Of a stretch of DNA of 64,000 nucleotides, positions 8,759-17,566 are shown in pieces. Source of the stretch: Bdellovibrionales bacterium (lineage in GTDB: Bacteria > Bdellovibrionota > Bdellovibrionia > Bdellovibrionales > UBA1609). Location of the stretch: assembly GCA_965197855.1 (NCBI GenBank), contig OZ240230.1:1259950-1323949 (forward strand), written 5' to 3'. A program made the position numbers and the translations under genes. The notes beneath the pieces are model-generated. The model saw only the letters and a list, made by a program, of their open reading frames with translations. It was not told the origin of the DNA and made no database searches. Each line of letters begins with the position of its first letter. Position 1 is the first letter of the stretch.

Positions 8759-10207
8759 TTACATCCATAATTGAGTCATCCAGTCATGAATAAGCCCGGC
8801 TCTAAAAGATAAATCCAGACTGATCAATAATAAAATAATTATCAAACTGCTCACCCAAGGAAGTTTTTCAAATGGAGGTTTATCTTCTGATGGAGTGAAC
8901 ATGAGTATAATGGGTTTTAAATAATAGGCGAGACCGACTATAGATCCAATCACAGCCCAGAAGAGCATCCACCATAAACCTTTTTGCACCAAGGTTTCAA
9001 ATACAAACAGTTTTGCAAAAAATCCAGCTGTGGGGGGTATACCTGCTAAATTGAGTAAAAACCAAGTGAGAGATAAGGCGTAGAAAGGCTTATGGTTGAA
9101 TAAACCTTTTAAGCTTTGTATGGAGTGTCCAGTGGTGTTTTCCCCTTCAAAGAACATAATATGAGCCATAGCTCCTATTTGAATAACTCCATAGGATATA
9201 AGGTAGTAGAACAAACTGGATACGGAAAATAAATCTGGGATTAGCAAGTTCATTATAATATAACCGGCATGTCCAATACTGGAGTAAATTAATAAACGTT
9301 TGAAGTTATCTTGAAATAAAGCAGAAACATGACCCACAATTAAACTTAAAATAGCAAGCCATTGAAAGAGGATCATGAGGCTTTGGCCGGAATGAGTAAT
9401 AAATCCGCCAAAGAAGACCAATTTAAGTAATAAAACCAAAACAGATGCTTTGACTGCTGTAGACATAAAAGCGGCTAATGGAGTGGCTGAACCTTGATAC
9501 ACATCAGGAAGCCAAAATTGAAAAGGAAAAATCGCTACTTTAAACAGGAGAGCAATACATATGCAGGAAAGCCCTAATACAAAGAGGCGGTTGTTTTGTA
9601 TCAGCAATTGTGAATGATGGAGGATCACATTGAAATCAAAAGAGCCTGCGGCAATATATATAAATGAAAGACCGAGTAGCAATATAGCGGCGGCTACTGA
9701 ACCTAATACAAAATACTTCAGTCCAGCTTCTATAGAAGATACGCGGTCTTTGGCTAAAGGAATCATCAGGTAAAAGCAAAGTGAAATATACTCGATAGAG
9801 ATAAAAGCTGAAATGAGATTGTTAGACCATGTTATTAAACAAAGGCCTAAAACACTATTCATAAAAAGAAACACAAATTCTGAAAAAAACTTATTGTTTA
9901 CAACATGGTTCTCTTTGGCCAATAGCAATGGTAAGGTCATGATTCCCATGAGTAAAATAGCTATTGAGAAAATCCAAGCCGGTTGATCCAATCGGAGTAA
10001 ATTGGAAAATACCAATTGATTTTCATATCCGATAGAGATCATAGCGATGATAGAAAAACAAAAACTGACGAAAGCCACAGATGCCACCCATAAGGACTGC
10101 ATTTCTTTACCTTTCGCAATAGCTTTTATCAGTAGGGGCAGGAAGGAAAACAAAGCAATACTCCATAAAGGAGTGGTGTAAAGAAAATCAAGAAAAGAAA
10201 GTTTCAT
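8759..10207 (-). CDS. nuoN: NADH-quinone oxidoreductase subunit N
   Basis: EAGLKYFVLG, FPFQFWLPDVYQG, KRLLIYSSIGHAGY, LAGIPPTAGFFAK. Confidence 0.95.
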   Translation of the reverse strand: MKLSFLDFLYTTPLWSIALFSFLPLLIKAIAKGKEMQSLWVASVAFVSFCFSIIAMISIGYENQLVFSNLLRLDQPAWIFSIAILLMGIMTLPLLLAKENHVVNNKFFSEFVFLFMNSVLGLCLITWSNNLISAFISIEYISLCFYLMIPLAKDRVSSIEAGLKYFVLGSVAAAILLLGLSFIYIAAGSFDFNVILHHSQLLIQNNRLFVLGLSCICIALLFKVAIFPFQFWLPDVYQGSATPLAAFMSTAVKASVLVLLLKLVFFGGFITHSGQSLMILFQWLAILSLIVGHVSALFQDNFKRLLIYSSIGHAGYIIMNLLIPDLFSVSSLFYYLISYGVIQIGAMAHIMFFEGENTTGHSIQSLKGLFNHKPFYALSLTWFLLNLAGIPPTAGFFAKLFVFETLVQKGLWWMLFWAVIGSIVGLAYYLKPIILMFTPSEDKPPFEKLPWVSSLIIILLLISLDLSFRAGLIHDWMTQLWM

Positions 10208-11754
10208 TTTTTATTTCCTCTTATGTGGGATGAAATTTGATTATTTGTTTTTTTTGTAGAAGATGAATAAATAGTCAGAGTGTAGTTTCCTCTATTATCT
10301 ATAAGTGGATCCAGGCTTTGTTGAGAGTATTTAAAAAATAGATTGGGCCAGAGGCCTGTTATAAAAATTAAAATGACAATGGGGATGATCACTGATATTT
10401 CTTTCAGATTTAGATCTGATATATTTTTCATTTTCACTTCTCCAAAAAAGACTTTTAAAATTAAGAGAAGCATATAACCTGCTCCCAGTACAACTCCTGT
10501 CAGAGCTAGGGGAGCCCACTGCATTTTTGCCAAAAATGTTCCAAATAAAACCAGGAATTCAGAGATAAAACCCCCTGTTAAGGGAAGGGCGATAGCAGAT
10601 AAAGACACGATAAAAAACAAAGCGCTGTAAATAGGTGTTAAGTGAGCCAGTCCTCCATAGTGATCCAGATTTTTAGTGTGAGTACGTGAAGAAATCATAC
10701 CTACAAGGAAAAATAAACCTGCTGAACTCAATCCATGAGTGAGCATTTGATAGTAGCCGCCAGATAAAGAATAGTGATTAAAAACAAAAAAGCCGAGTAT
10801 GGAATAACCTATATGTGAGACAGAAGAATAGGCAATTAGTTTTTTGAAATCCGATTGAGCTAAAGCCATTAAAGCTCCGTAAATAATTCCAAAGACAGCC
10901 AAGAAACAAAGCCAAGGGGAGTAATATAAAGAGGCGTCGGGAAATAAAGGCAGAATAAATCTTAAGAATCCATACACTCCCATTTTTAAAACGATAGCGG
11001 CTAGAAAAACAGAGCCGGCAGTTGGAGCTTCTACGTGGGCTAAAGGAAGCCAGGTATGGAAGGGGAATAAAGGAGCTTTGACAGCAAAAGCAAAGAAGAA
11101 GGTAAAAAATAAGAGGCTTTGAGTGCTTAGAATATAACCGCCGACGAATGGAATTTTCAGTTTGTAAAAATCAAGAATATTTGCGCTCAATTCTCCCGTC
11201 TGTTCTTTTACAAGGAACATTAAGGTCAGTAAACCCACCAGCATAAAAAGCGAGCCTAAGGCTGTATAAATAAAAAATTTCAGGGAAGCATAAACTCGAT
11301 CTTTTCCGCCCCATAGCAGTATGAGAAAAAATAGAGGGAGCAGGGAGCCTTCAAAAAAGATATAAAATAAAATACCGTCTAAAGCGAGGAAAGATCCCAT
11401 CACAAATCCTGTCAGAAGAAATAAGCAGGCTAAAAATCCTTTTGTGTTTTTATCTGTACTGAATGCAGAATAAAAAATGCATAGTGGAAATAAAAAAGAT
11501 GTCAGCAGTACCAGCCAAAAAGAGATACCGTCAATACCTACAAAATATTGAATACCAAAGGAGGGAAACCACTGTATTTGTTCGGAGAGCTGGATCGCGG
11601 AACTTTTCGAGTCAAACAGGGTAAATAGAGATAAACTAAAAATGAAGTAAGCAATAGAGAGTATCACTGCTGTATAGCTTGCTTTCTTTTCAGAAAGGCA
11701 GAAAATAATTAAGGCGCCAATAAAAGGCAAAGTAATTAAGCTGGTTAAAATCAT
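10204..11754 (-). CDS. nuoM: NADH-quinone oxidoreductase subunit M
   Basis: GIDGIS, VKAPLFPFHTWLPLAHVEAPT, KKLIAYSSVSH. Confidence 0.95.
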   Translation of the reverse strand: MILTSLITLPFIGALIIFCLSEKKASYTAVILSIAYFIFSLSLFTLFDSKSSAIQLSEQIQWFPSFGIQYFVGIDGISFWLVLLTSFLFPLCIFYSAFSTDKNTKGFLACLFLLTGFVMGSFLALDGILFYIFFEGSLLPLFFLILLWGGKDRVYASLKFFIYTALGSLFMLVGLLTLMFLVKEQTGELSANILDFYKLKIPFVGGYILSTQSLLFFTFFFAFAVKAPLFPFHTWLPLAHVEAPTAGSVFLAAIVLKMGVYGFLRFILPLFPDASLYYSPWLCFLAVFGIIYGALMALAQSDFKKLIAYSSVSHIGYSILGFFVFNHYSLSGGYYQMLTHGLSSAGLFFLVGMISSRTHTKNLDHYGGLAHLTPIYSALFFIVSLSAIALPLTGGFISEFLVLFGTFLAKMQWAPLALTGVVLGAGYMLLLILKVFFGEVKMKNISDLNLKEISVIIPIVILIFITGLWPNLFFKYSQQSLDPLIDNRGNYTLTIYSSSTKKTNNQISSHIRGNKK

Positions 11755-11758
11755 TTCA

Positions 11759-13582
11759 TCACCTAAAAAGTGTTACTAAAATAAAAATAAAAAGACCTAT
11801 TCCCATAAATAAAACATAATGTCCCAGGACACCACTTTGATAAAATCCCTTTTTTATAGGCAGGAAGTATTGTTTGCTGAGTCGGATTCCTTTTTGGATG
11901 ACATCTGTTTCCACAGAGCGAAACAAAGCTGTGCTTACATTCATAATGCCTTCAGCAAAATATGTTTGATAAAATTGATCCAAACTCCAGTTGATTTTAA
12001 AAATCCATGGATTGGTGAGACGACCTTTTTTCAGGAAATAGACAGTAAATACAGCAATAGCCGCTACAAACAATACAGATATGACAGCCAACAATATTTC
12101 AGAAAAAATATCTCCAGATACTTTATAGTTTGGATCTACAAAACGGCTGAGTAAATTTCCAGGTATTATATGAGGCATGAAGTGCGGCCAGTTTAAAACG
12201 CCGGCTGTAATGCTGAGAAAAGCCAGGACACATAAAGGAATATTCATCATCCACCCTCCTTCATGTGCTTTTGAGTGATCTTGATTGGATGCTTTCCAAA
12301 ATGCATAATACAAAGTTCTTGTGGTGTAAAAGGCAGTGAGTCCGGCTCCCAGAAAAGCTATAAACCAAAGGATATAGTGTCCTTCATGGAAAGTGTGATA
12401 TAAAATTTCATCTTTACTAAAAAAGCCGCTTAAAAAAGGCAAGCCCATTAAAGCTAAAGATCCTATTAGAAAACTGATAAATGTGTAGGGCATTTTTTTT
12501 CTTAATTGTCCCATGTTTCGAATATCCTGTTCTCCATTTAAACCATGAATCAAACTACCTGCAGATAAGAACAAACAAGCTTTAAAAAAAGCGTGAGTCA
12601 TTAAGTGAAATAAAGCAGAAGAAAAAGCTCCAACACCTAAAGCTAAAAACATATAGCCTAGTTGTGAAATGGTGGAGTAAGCCAGAATTTTTTTGATATC
12701 CCAGTTTTTACAGGCTAAATAAGCGCCTAAGAATGCTGTAAGAACTCCCATCACGGCCAGGATATTTAATGCCAAAGGGGAAGCCAGCCATAAAGAGTTG
12801 GTTCGAATGATCAAGTAGACCCCTGCAGTGACCATTGTAGCGGCATGAATCAAAGCAGATACAGGTGTGGGTCCTGCCATGGCGGACGGAAGCCAAACAT
12901 AAAGAGGAAGTTGAGCTGATTTTCCAGCCGCTCCCATAAACATCAATAAACAAAGAACAAGAAGCCATGAAGAGGGAATAGCTTCTGTTACTGTTAAATT
13001 TGAAAAATCCAGGGAACCAAAAAAAGAAAAACATAAAAATAAACATACCAGAAAAAAAGTATCACCGATTCTATTCACAATAAAAGCTTTCATTCCGGCA
13101 ATAGCTTTTTCCTTTTTTGTAAACCAAAACCCAATAAGCAGGTAGGAGCAAAGGCCCACTCCTTCCCAACCGACAAAGAGCAGAAGTAAATTATTCGCCA
13201 ATACTAAAATCAGCATATTAAATAAAAATAAATTTAAATAAGAAAAATAACGTCCAATTCGTTTATCATTCCACATATACTCCACACTAAAAATGTGAAT
13301 GAGAAAGCTTACTCCAGTAATAATTAAGGTCATAGTCAGACTGAGTGAATCCAAAAGCACAGAGAAATCAACTTCCAGTTGATTCAAGTAAATCCAAGGA
13401 GCTAAAAAGACTTCCTGAGCTTGCCCGGAATAAGTAAAGAATAAATAAAGTGCAGATACGAAAGGAATAAAACTGGCCATACAGCCAAGCCACACAGTTA
13501 GATGTTTATTCCAACGTATAAAAGAGTTGGCTAAAAAACCAATGAAAGGGCTTATCAATAAAATACAAACAGCTAACATCAT
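11759..13582 (-). CDS. nuoL: NADH-quinone oxidoreductase subunit L
   Basis: GWEGVGLCSYLLIGFW, GKSAQLPLYVWLPSAMAGPTPVSALIHAATMV. Confidence 0.95.
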   Translation of the reverse strand: MMLAVCILLISPFIGFLANSFIRWNKHLTVWLGCMASFIPFVSALYLFFTYSGQAQEVFLAPWIYLNQLEVDFSVLLDSLSLTMTLIITGVSFLIHIFSVEYMWNDKRIGRYFSYLNLFLFNMLILVLANNLLLLFVGWEGVGLCSYLLIGFWFTKKEKAIAGMKAFIVNRIGDTFFLVCLFLCFSFFGSLDFSNLTVTEAIPSSWLLVLCLLMFMGAAGKSAQLPLYVWLPSAMAGPTPVSALIHAATMVTAGVYLIIRTNSLWLASPLALNILAVMGVLTAFLGAYLACKNWDIKKILAYSTISQLGYMFLALGVGAFSSALFHLMTHAFFKACLFLSAGSLIHGLNGEQDIRNMGQLRKKMPYTFISFLIGSLALMGLPFLSGFFSKDEILYHTFHEGHYILWFIAFLGAGLTAFYTTRTLYYAFWKASNQDHSKAHEGGWMMNIPLCVLAFLSITAGVLNWPHFMPHIIPGNLLSRFVDPNYKVSGDIFSEILLAVISVLFVAAIAVFTVYFLKKGRLTNPWIFKINWSLDQFYQTYFAEGIMNVSTALFRSVETDVIQKGIRLSKQYFLPIKKGFYQSGVLGHYVLFMGIGLFIFILVTLFR

Positions 13583-13896
13583 CCGCGAAACCTGTTAAAT
13601 AATTGGATGTCAATAGTTTGAGATCTTTTGTAAGCTTGTACAGCCAAAGCCAGGCCTACACCGGCTTCTGCCGAAGCAATGGTCATTACAAAAAAAGCGG
13701 TAATCTGTCCGTCGAGATTAGCGTAATATTGACTTGTGGCAATCAATATTAAGTTGACTGCATTGAGCATTAATTCGATGCACATTAAAATAACCAGAAT
13801 ATTTCTCCTAAACAAGACTCCAAAGAGGCCAATAAAAAACAAAGCCAGGCCCAGGTAAATATGGTGATGAATAGTAATATGAGCTAATGTAATCAT
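13579..13896 (-). CDS. nuoK: NADH-quinone oxidoreductase subunit K
   Basis: RRNILVILMCIELMLNAVN, AEAGVGLA. Confidence 0.95.
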   Translation of the reverse strand: MITLAHITIHHHIYLGLALFFIGLFGVLFRRNILVILMCIELMLNAVNLILIATSQYYANLDGQITAFFVMTIASAEAGVGLALAVQAYKRSQTIDIQLFNRFRG

Positions 13897-14384
13897 GGGT
13901 CCTCACTTCGGCTTAACAGCACGACACCTACGGCGACAATCATCAGCAACACACCTATCCATTCGAAAAATAAAACATAATCGGTAAATAAAAGAGTGGC
14001 TAAAGACTTTGTAGGTGTTACTTCCGGAGTGACAATATTATTGGTAAATCCTGTGGAATGAGGAATCACTCCGGAGAGAACACCTAACATAAAAACGGAG
14101 ATAAAAACTTTAGCGGCCAAATGTCGATGTTCCTTTGGTTCAGAATTTTTTTTGTTGTCAAAAAGCATCACCACCATCACAAAAAGAACCATGACAGCGC
14201 CGGCATAAACCACTAGCTGTACGCCAGCCACAAAGTAGGCGCCAAGATTAAAAAAGAGCCCTGCTAACGCCACCATAGTAAGCGCCAAATGAAGAGCACA
14301 GGTAATGGGATTTTTTCTGAATATAGTATTTAAGGCTCCATAAAGAGCTAAAAAAGAGAGAACATAAAATAGAAAAGGAGTCAT
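13893..14384 (-). CDS. nuoJ: NADH-quinone oxidoreductase subunit J
   Basis: QLVVYAGAVMVLFVMVVML; position between nuoH and nuoK. Confidence 0.93.
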   Translation of the reverse strand: MTPFLFYVLSFLALYGALNTIFRKNPITCALHLALTMVALAGLFFNLGAYFVAGVQLVVYAGAVMVLFVMVVMLFDNKKNSEPKEHRHLAAKVFISVFMLGVLSGVIPHSTGFTNNIVTPEVTPTKSLATLLFTDYVLFFEWIGVLLMIVAVGVVLLSRSEDP

Positions 14385-15547
14385 TAAGATACCATCCCCC
14401 AGCGAACAAGCCAGATCATTACAGCTGTAGCTATAGCATTAAACAAAGACCATGGCAGTAGAGTTTTCCAGCCTAAATCCATTAACTGGTCGTAGCGAAA
14501 ACGCGGCAGTGTCCAGCGCACCCATATAAATACCCAAAGGAAAAAGAGGACTTTTAAAAAGAAACATAGAAATAAAATCAGAGAGCTTAAAAGGCTTGTT
14601 GCCGTTAATGAGAAATGCGGCAGGAGCCATGATTGAAGGTTTTCTTCGTTGAGAAAAGGATAAAAATTGTAGCCTCCAAAGTAAAGGATCACCATCAATG
14701 AGGAAGCTACCAGCATATGCCCATATTCTCCCATATAAAAAATAATGATTTTAATTCCTCCATATTCTGTATGATATCCGGCTACAAGTTCTGCTTCAGC
14801 TTCCGGAAGGTCAAAAGGCAGTCGGTTGGCTTCTGCAAATAGAGCTACAAATAATAAGAGTGCTCCCAAAGGTTGATAAAAAATACCCCAATTGGGGAGA
14901 AAACCAACACTGACTTCTTTGGAAAAGAATTGAAAATTCAAAGGTTGGTTTTGTATTTCAATAATTTGATCAAAACTAAAAGTATTAAAGAGGATGAGTA
15001 CCCCCAGCAAACTTAAACTTAAAGCCAGTTCATAGCTAATAGCTTGAGCTGAAGCTCGGAGAGCTCCCAGAAGCGAAAATTTACTGCCGGAACTCCAACC
15101 AGCTAAAAGCAGGGAATAAACAGCCAAAGATGAAATTCCAAAAACAAAGATAACTCCAATATCCATTGGAAAAGAACGCACTTCAAAAATATAAGGCCCC
15201 AGGGAGTGTCCAAACAGTTGAAAGTTATCAATATAAATAGGTGAAGAAAGAGGAAGGGCTCCAAAAGCTATAGCTACAGGGATGATGGCTAAAATAGGAG
15301 CTAGATAAAAGTAAAATTTATTTGTTTTACTGCTTGCGAAGTCTTCTTTAAATATGAATTTTACAAGGTCTGCCAAAAGTTGAGTAAGCCCCAAGGGGCC
15401 TACTCGATTCGGGCCAAAGCGATTTTGCATAAAGGCTGAGGCACGTCTTTCCACCCATACCAGGACGGGCACCATCTGAACCATAAATAAAAATATTAAA
15501 ATTATTTTTACAGTGTTTATGACACTGGAGAAAATATCTTCTCCCAT
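14384..15547 (-). CDS. nuoH: NADH-quinone oxidoreductase subunit H
   Basis: QNRFGPNRVGP, NRLPFDLPEAEAELVAGYHTEY, RWTLPRFRYDQLM. Confidence 0.95.
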   Translation of the reverse strand: MGEDIFSSVINTVKIILIFLFMVQMVPVLVWVERRASAFMQNRFGPNRVGPLGLTQLLADLVKFIFKEDFASSKTNKFYFYLAPILAIIPVAIAFGALPLSSPIYIDNFQLFGHSLGPYIFEVRSFPMDIGVIFVFGISSLAVYSLLLAGWSSGSKFSLLGALRASAQAISYELALSLSLLGVLILFNTFSFDQIIEIQNQPLNFQFFSKEVSVGFLPNWGIFYQPLGALLLFVALFAEANRLPFDLPEAEAELVAGYHTEYGGIKIIIFYMGEYGHMLVASSLMVILYFGGYNFYPFLNEENLQSWLLPHFSLTATSLLSSLILFLCFFLKVLFFLWVFIWVRWTLPRFRYDQLMDLGWKTLLPWSLFNAIATAVMIWLVRWGMVS

Positions 15548-15561
15548 TTTTTACTCCAAAT

Positions 15562-15951
15562 TTATTTCCAGTTAAGAGCCTTGATCCGAATTTCCCAAAA
15601 TAAACCCAGGATAAACAATAGTAGAAAAATAATAAAAGCCATCAGATAACTATTGCCATGTCCTCTGTCTAAGAAATCTCTGTAAGCTATAGCCCAAGGA
15701 TAGAGAAAAATAATTTCGATGTCGAACAAGACAAATAAAATAGCTGTTAAGTAATAACCTGAAGAGATTCGAGAGCTTTGAGCCGGAGTGCCGATTAAAC
15801 CGCACTCATAGGCGATATCCTTATCTGGATCGGTCTGAGTATCTGTAGATTTTTGAGTGTAACGGGTGATTAGATGAGCCACGGACATCAGCAAGCCAAC
15901 AACAGTGACAGCAACTAACGTAACAACTCCAATAGCCAATAGAGAATTCAT
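15562..15951 (-). CDS. nuoA: NADH-quinone oxidoreductase subunit A
   Basis: YECG, YYLTAILFVLFDIEIIFLYPWA. Confidence 0.95.
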   Translation of the reverse strand: MNSLLAIGVVTLVAVTVVGLLMSVAHLITRYTQKSTDTQTDPDKDIAYECGLIGTPAQSSRISSGYYLTAILFVLFDIEIIFLYPWAIAYRDFLDRGHGNSYLMAFIIFLLLFILGLFWEIRIKALNWK

Positions 15952-16230
15952 AAAAATCCTAGGTTATTTTTAGAAGATATAATACTCCACTGTTTCTGTT
16001 ATTCCAAGAGGGATTAAACTGATATTGAATGAATCCTTTGCAAGGCGTTATGTTTATTCTTCTTTTGGAAAAAGAAGCAAAATTTTAGCTTCTCTTCGTG
16101 ATAGGGTTTTATTATTGTATTTTTTGAGTTTGTAGTAGGTAGGAAATACTTTGTATAAGTGACTCAAAGCTCAGACACACAACTTATTTTCGCCTCTATC
16201 TAGAGTATTTTGCTTCGACCCTACGAATAC

Positions 16231-16346
16231 GTCATTCCTGCGAAAGCAGGAATCCAGTGTGCGAGAAACGAGTTGTATGTGCAAGGTGGATCCCCGCCTT
16301 CGCGGGGATGACGTAAGTGTGGGGATGACGTTGTTGCGGGGATGAT
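16231..16346. repeat. Inverted pair of REP/RPE-like palindromes with decaying GGGGATGAC tail
   Basis: GTCATTCCTGCGAAAGCAGGAATCCA (16231-16256), TGGATCCCCGCCTTCGCGGGGATGAC (16287-16312), then two partial G(C/T)GGGGATGA copies. Confidence 0.85.
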
Positions 16347-16465
16347 GTGAATACGTGCCAGATAAGGACTTAAAGCTCATTGAAATGCACGATGGATGAG
16401 TGTATATTGAACAAGTGCTCTTTCCTTAAGTTTAAAACTATCTAAAAAAGATATGATATATTCTG

Positions 16466-17560
16466 ATGTTTAGGTTTATTTTATTTTGTTTAATTTTTTA
16501 TACAACTCTTGCCTGTTCTCAAGTTAAGAATAGTGATGTTTCCAACTTAGAATCAAAATTGCAAATGATCGTTACAGACTTGGAGATTCCATGGGCTTTT
16601 GCCTTTCTCCCTAATGGAGATCACTTAATTACTGAAAAAAAAGGCAGGATTTTATGGCATAAAAAAACAGACCCTCCCCATAAAATCACTGAAGTTCAAG
16701 GAGTTCCAGAAGTGTATGACGGCGGCCAAGGTGGTCTGATGGATCTTGTTCTACACCCTGATTTTAAAACCACTCCTTGGATTTATTTAACTTATAGTAT
16801 TTTACAAAAAGGGAAAAAAACCACAAGAGTCAGCCGGGCTTTGTGGAATAATGGAACACTTGAAAACCTCCAAGTTCTTTTTACAGCTCAACCTTCGTTT
16901 AACCGCAATATTCACTTTGGCTCTCGTTTGGTTTTTGATTCCAAAGGTTATATGTTTTTTACTGTGGGAGATCGGGGCAATAGAGATTTGGCACAGGATT
17001 TAAGCACTCATAATGGAAAAGTGATGCGTCTTCATGCAGATGGAAAAATTCCTGAAGATAATCCCTTTACATCTCATAATAACTCAATGAAAGAGATTTG
17101 GAGTTACGGACATAGAAATCCTCAAGGTCTTGTCTTTAAAGGCGAAGAGCTGTGGGCCCATGAGCATGGCCCGAGAGGAGGGGACGAAATTAATCTTATT
17201 AAAAAGGGAAAAAATTATGGATGGCCTATTGTCACTTATGGCAAAGAATATATTGGAGGCAGTATAGGGGAAGGATTTACAAAAGAGGGAATGGAAGACC
17301 CAAAGAAATATTATATTCCATCTATTGCGCCTTGTGGGATGGCTTACTATGATGGGAACTTATTTCCTCAATGGAAAAGAAGTTTTTTCATCGGAGCTTT
17401 AGTCTTAAGACATTTGAATCGAGTGTCTGTTGAAGATTTTTCAAAGGAAGACAGGTTGTTTCAAAGTTTGGAAAAAAGAGTTCGGGATGTACGAGTGGGA
17501 CCAGATGGTTTTATTTATTTTTCAGTTGAAGAAGGTTCCTTATATCGAATAACTCAATAA
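16466..17560 (+). CDS. PQQ-dependent sugar dehydrogenase (GSDH/YliI family), lipoprotein
   Basis: TLAC lipobox; GQGGLMD, HFGSRL, SYGHRNPQG, EHGPRGGDEIN. Confidence 0.92.
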   Translation: MFRFILFCLIFYTTLACSQVKNSDVSNLESKLQMIVTDLEIPWAFAFLPNGDHLITEKKGRILWHKKTDPPHKITEVQGVPEVYDGGQGGLMDLVLHPDFKTTPWIYLTYSILQKGKKTTRVSRALWNNGTLENLQVLFTAQPSFNRNIHFGSRLVFDSKGYMFFTVGDRGNRDLAQDLSTHNGKVMRLHADGKIPEDNPFTSHNNSMKEIWSYGHRNPQGLVFKGEELWAHEHGPRGGDEINLIKKGKNYGWPIVTYGKEYIGGSIGEGFTKEGMEDPKKYYIPSIAPCGMAYYDGNLFPQWKRSFFIGALVLRHLNRVSVEDFSKEDRLFQSLEKRVRDVRVGPDGFIYFSVEEGSLYRITQ

Positions 17561-17566
17561 AATAAT

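Noticed and set aside
16171-16380. 69-aa ORF
   Set aside because: Translation of REP-like palindromes (SSPRRRGS, LDSCFRRND); not a credible gene.
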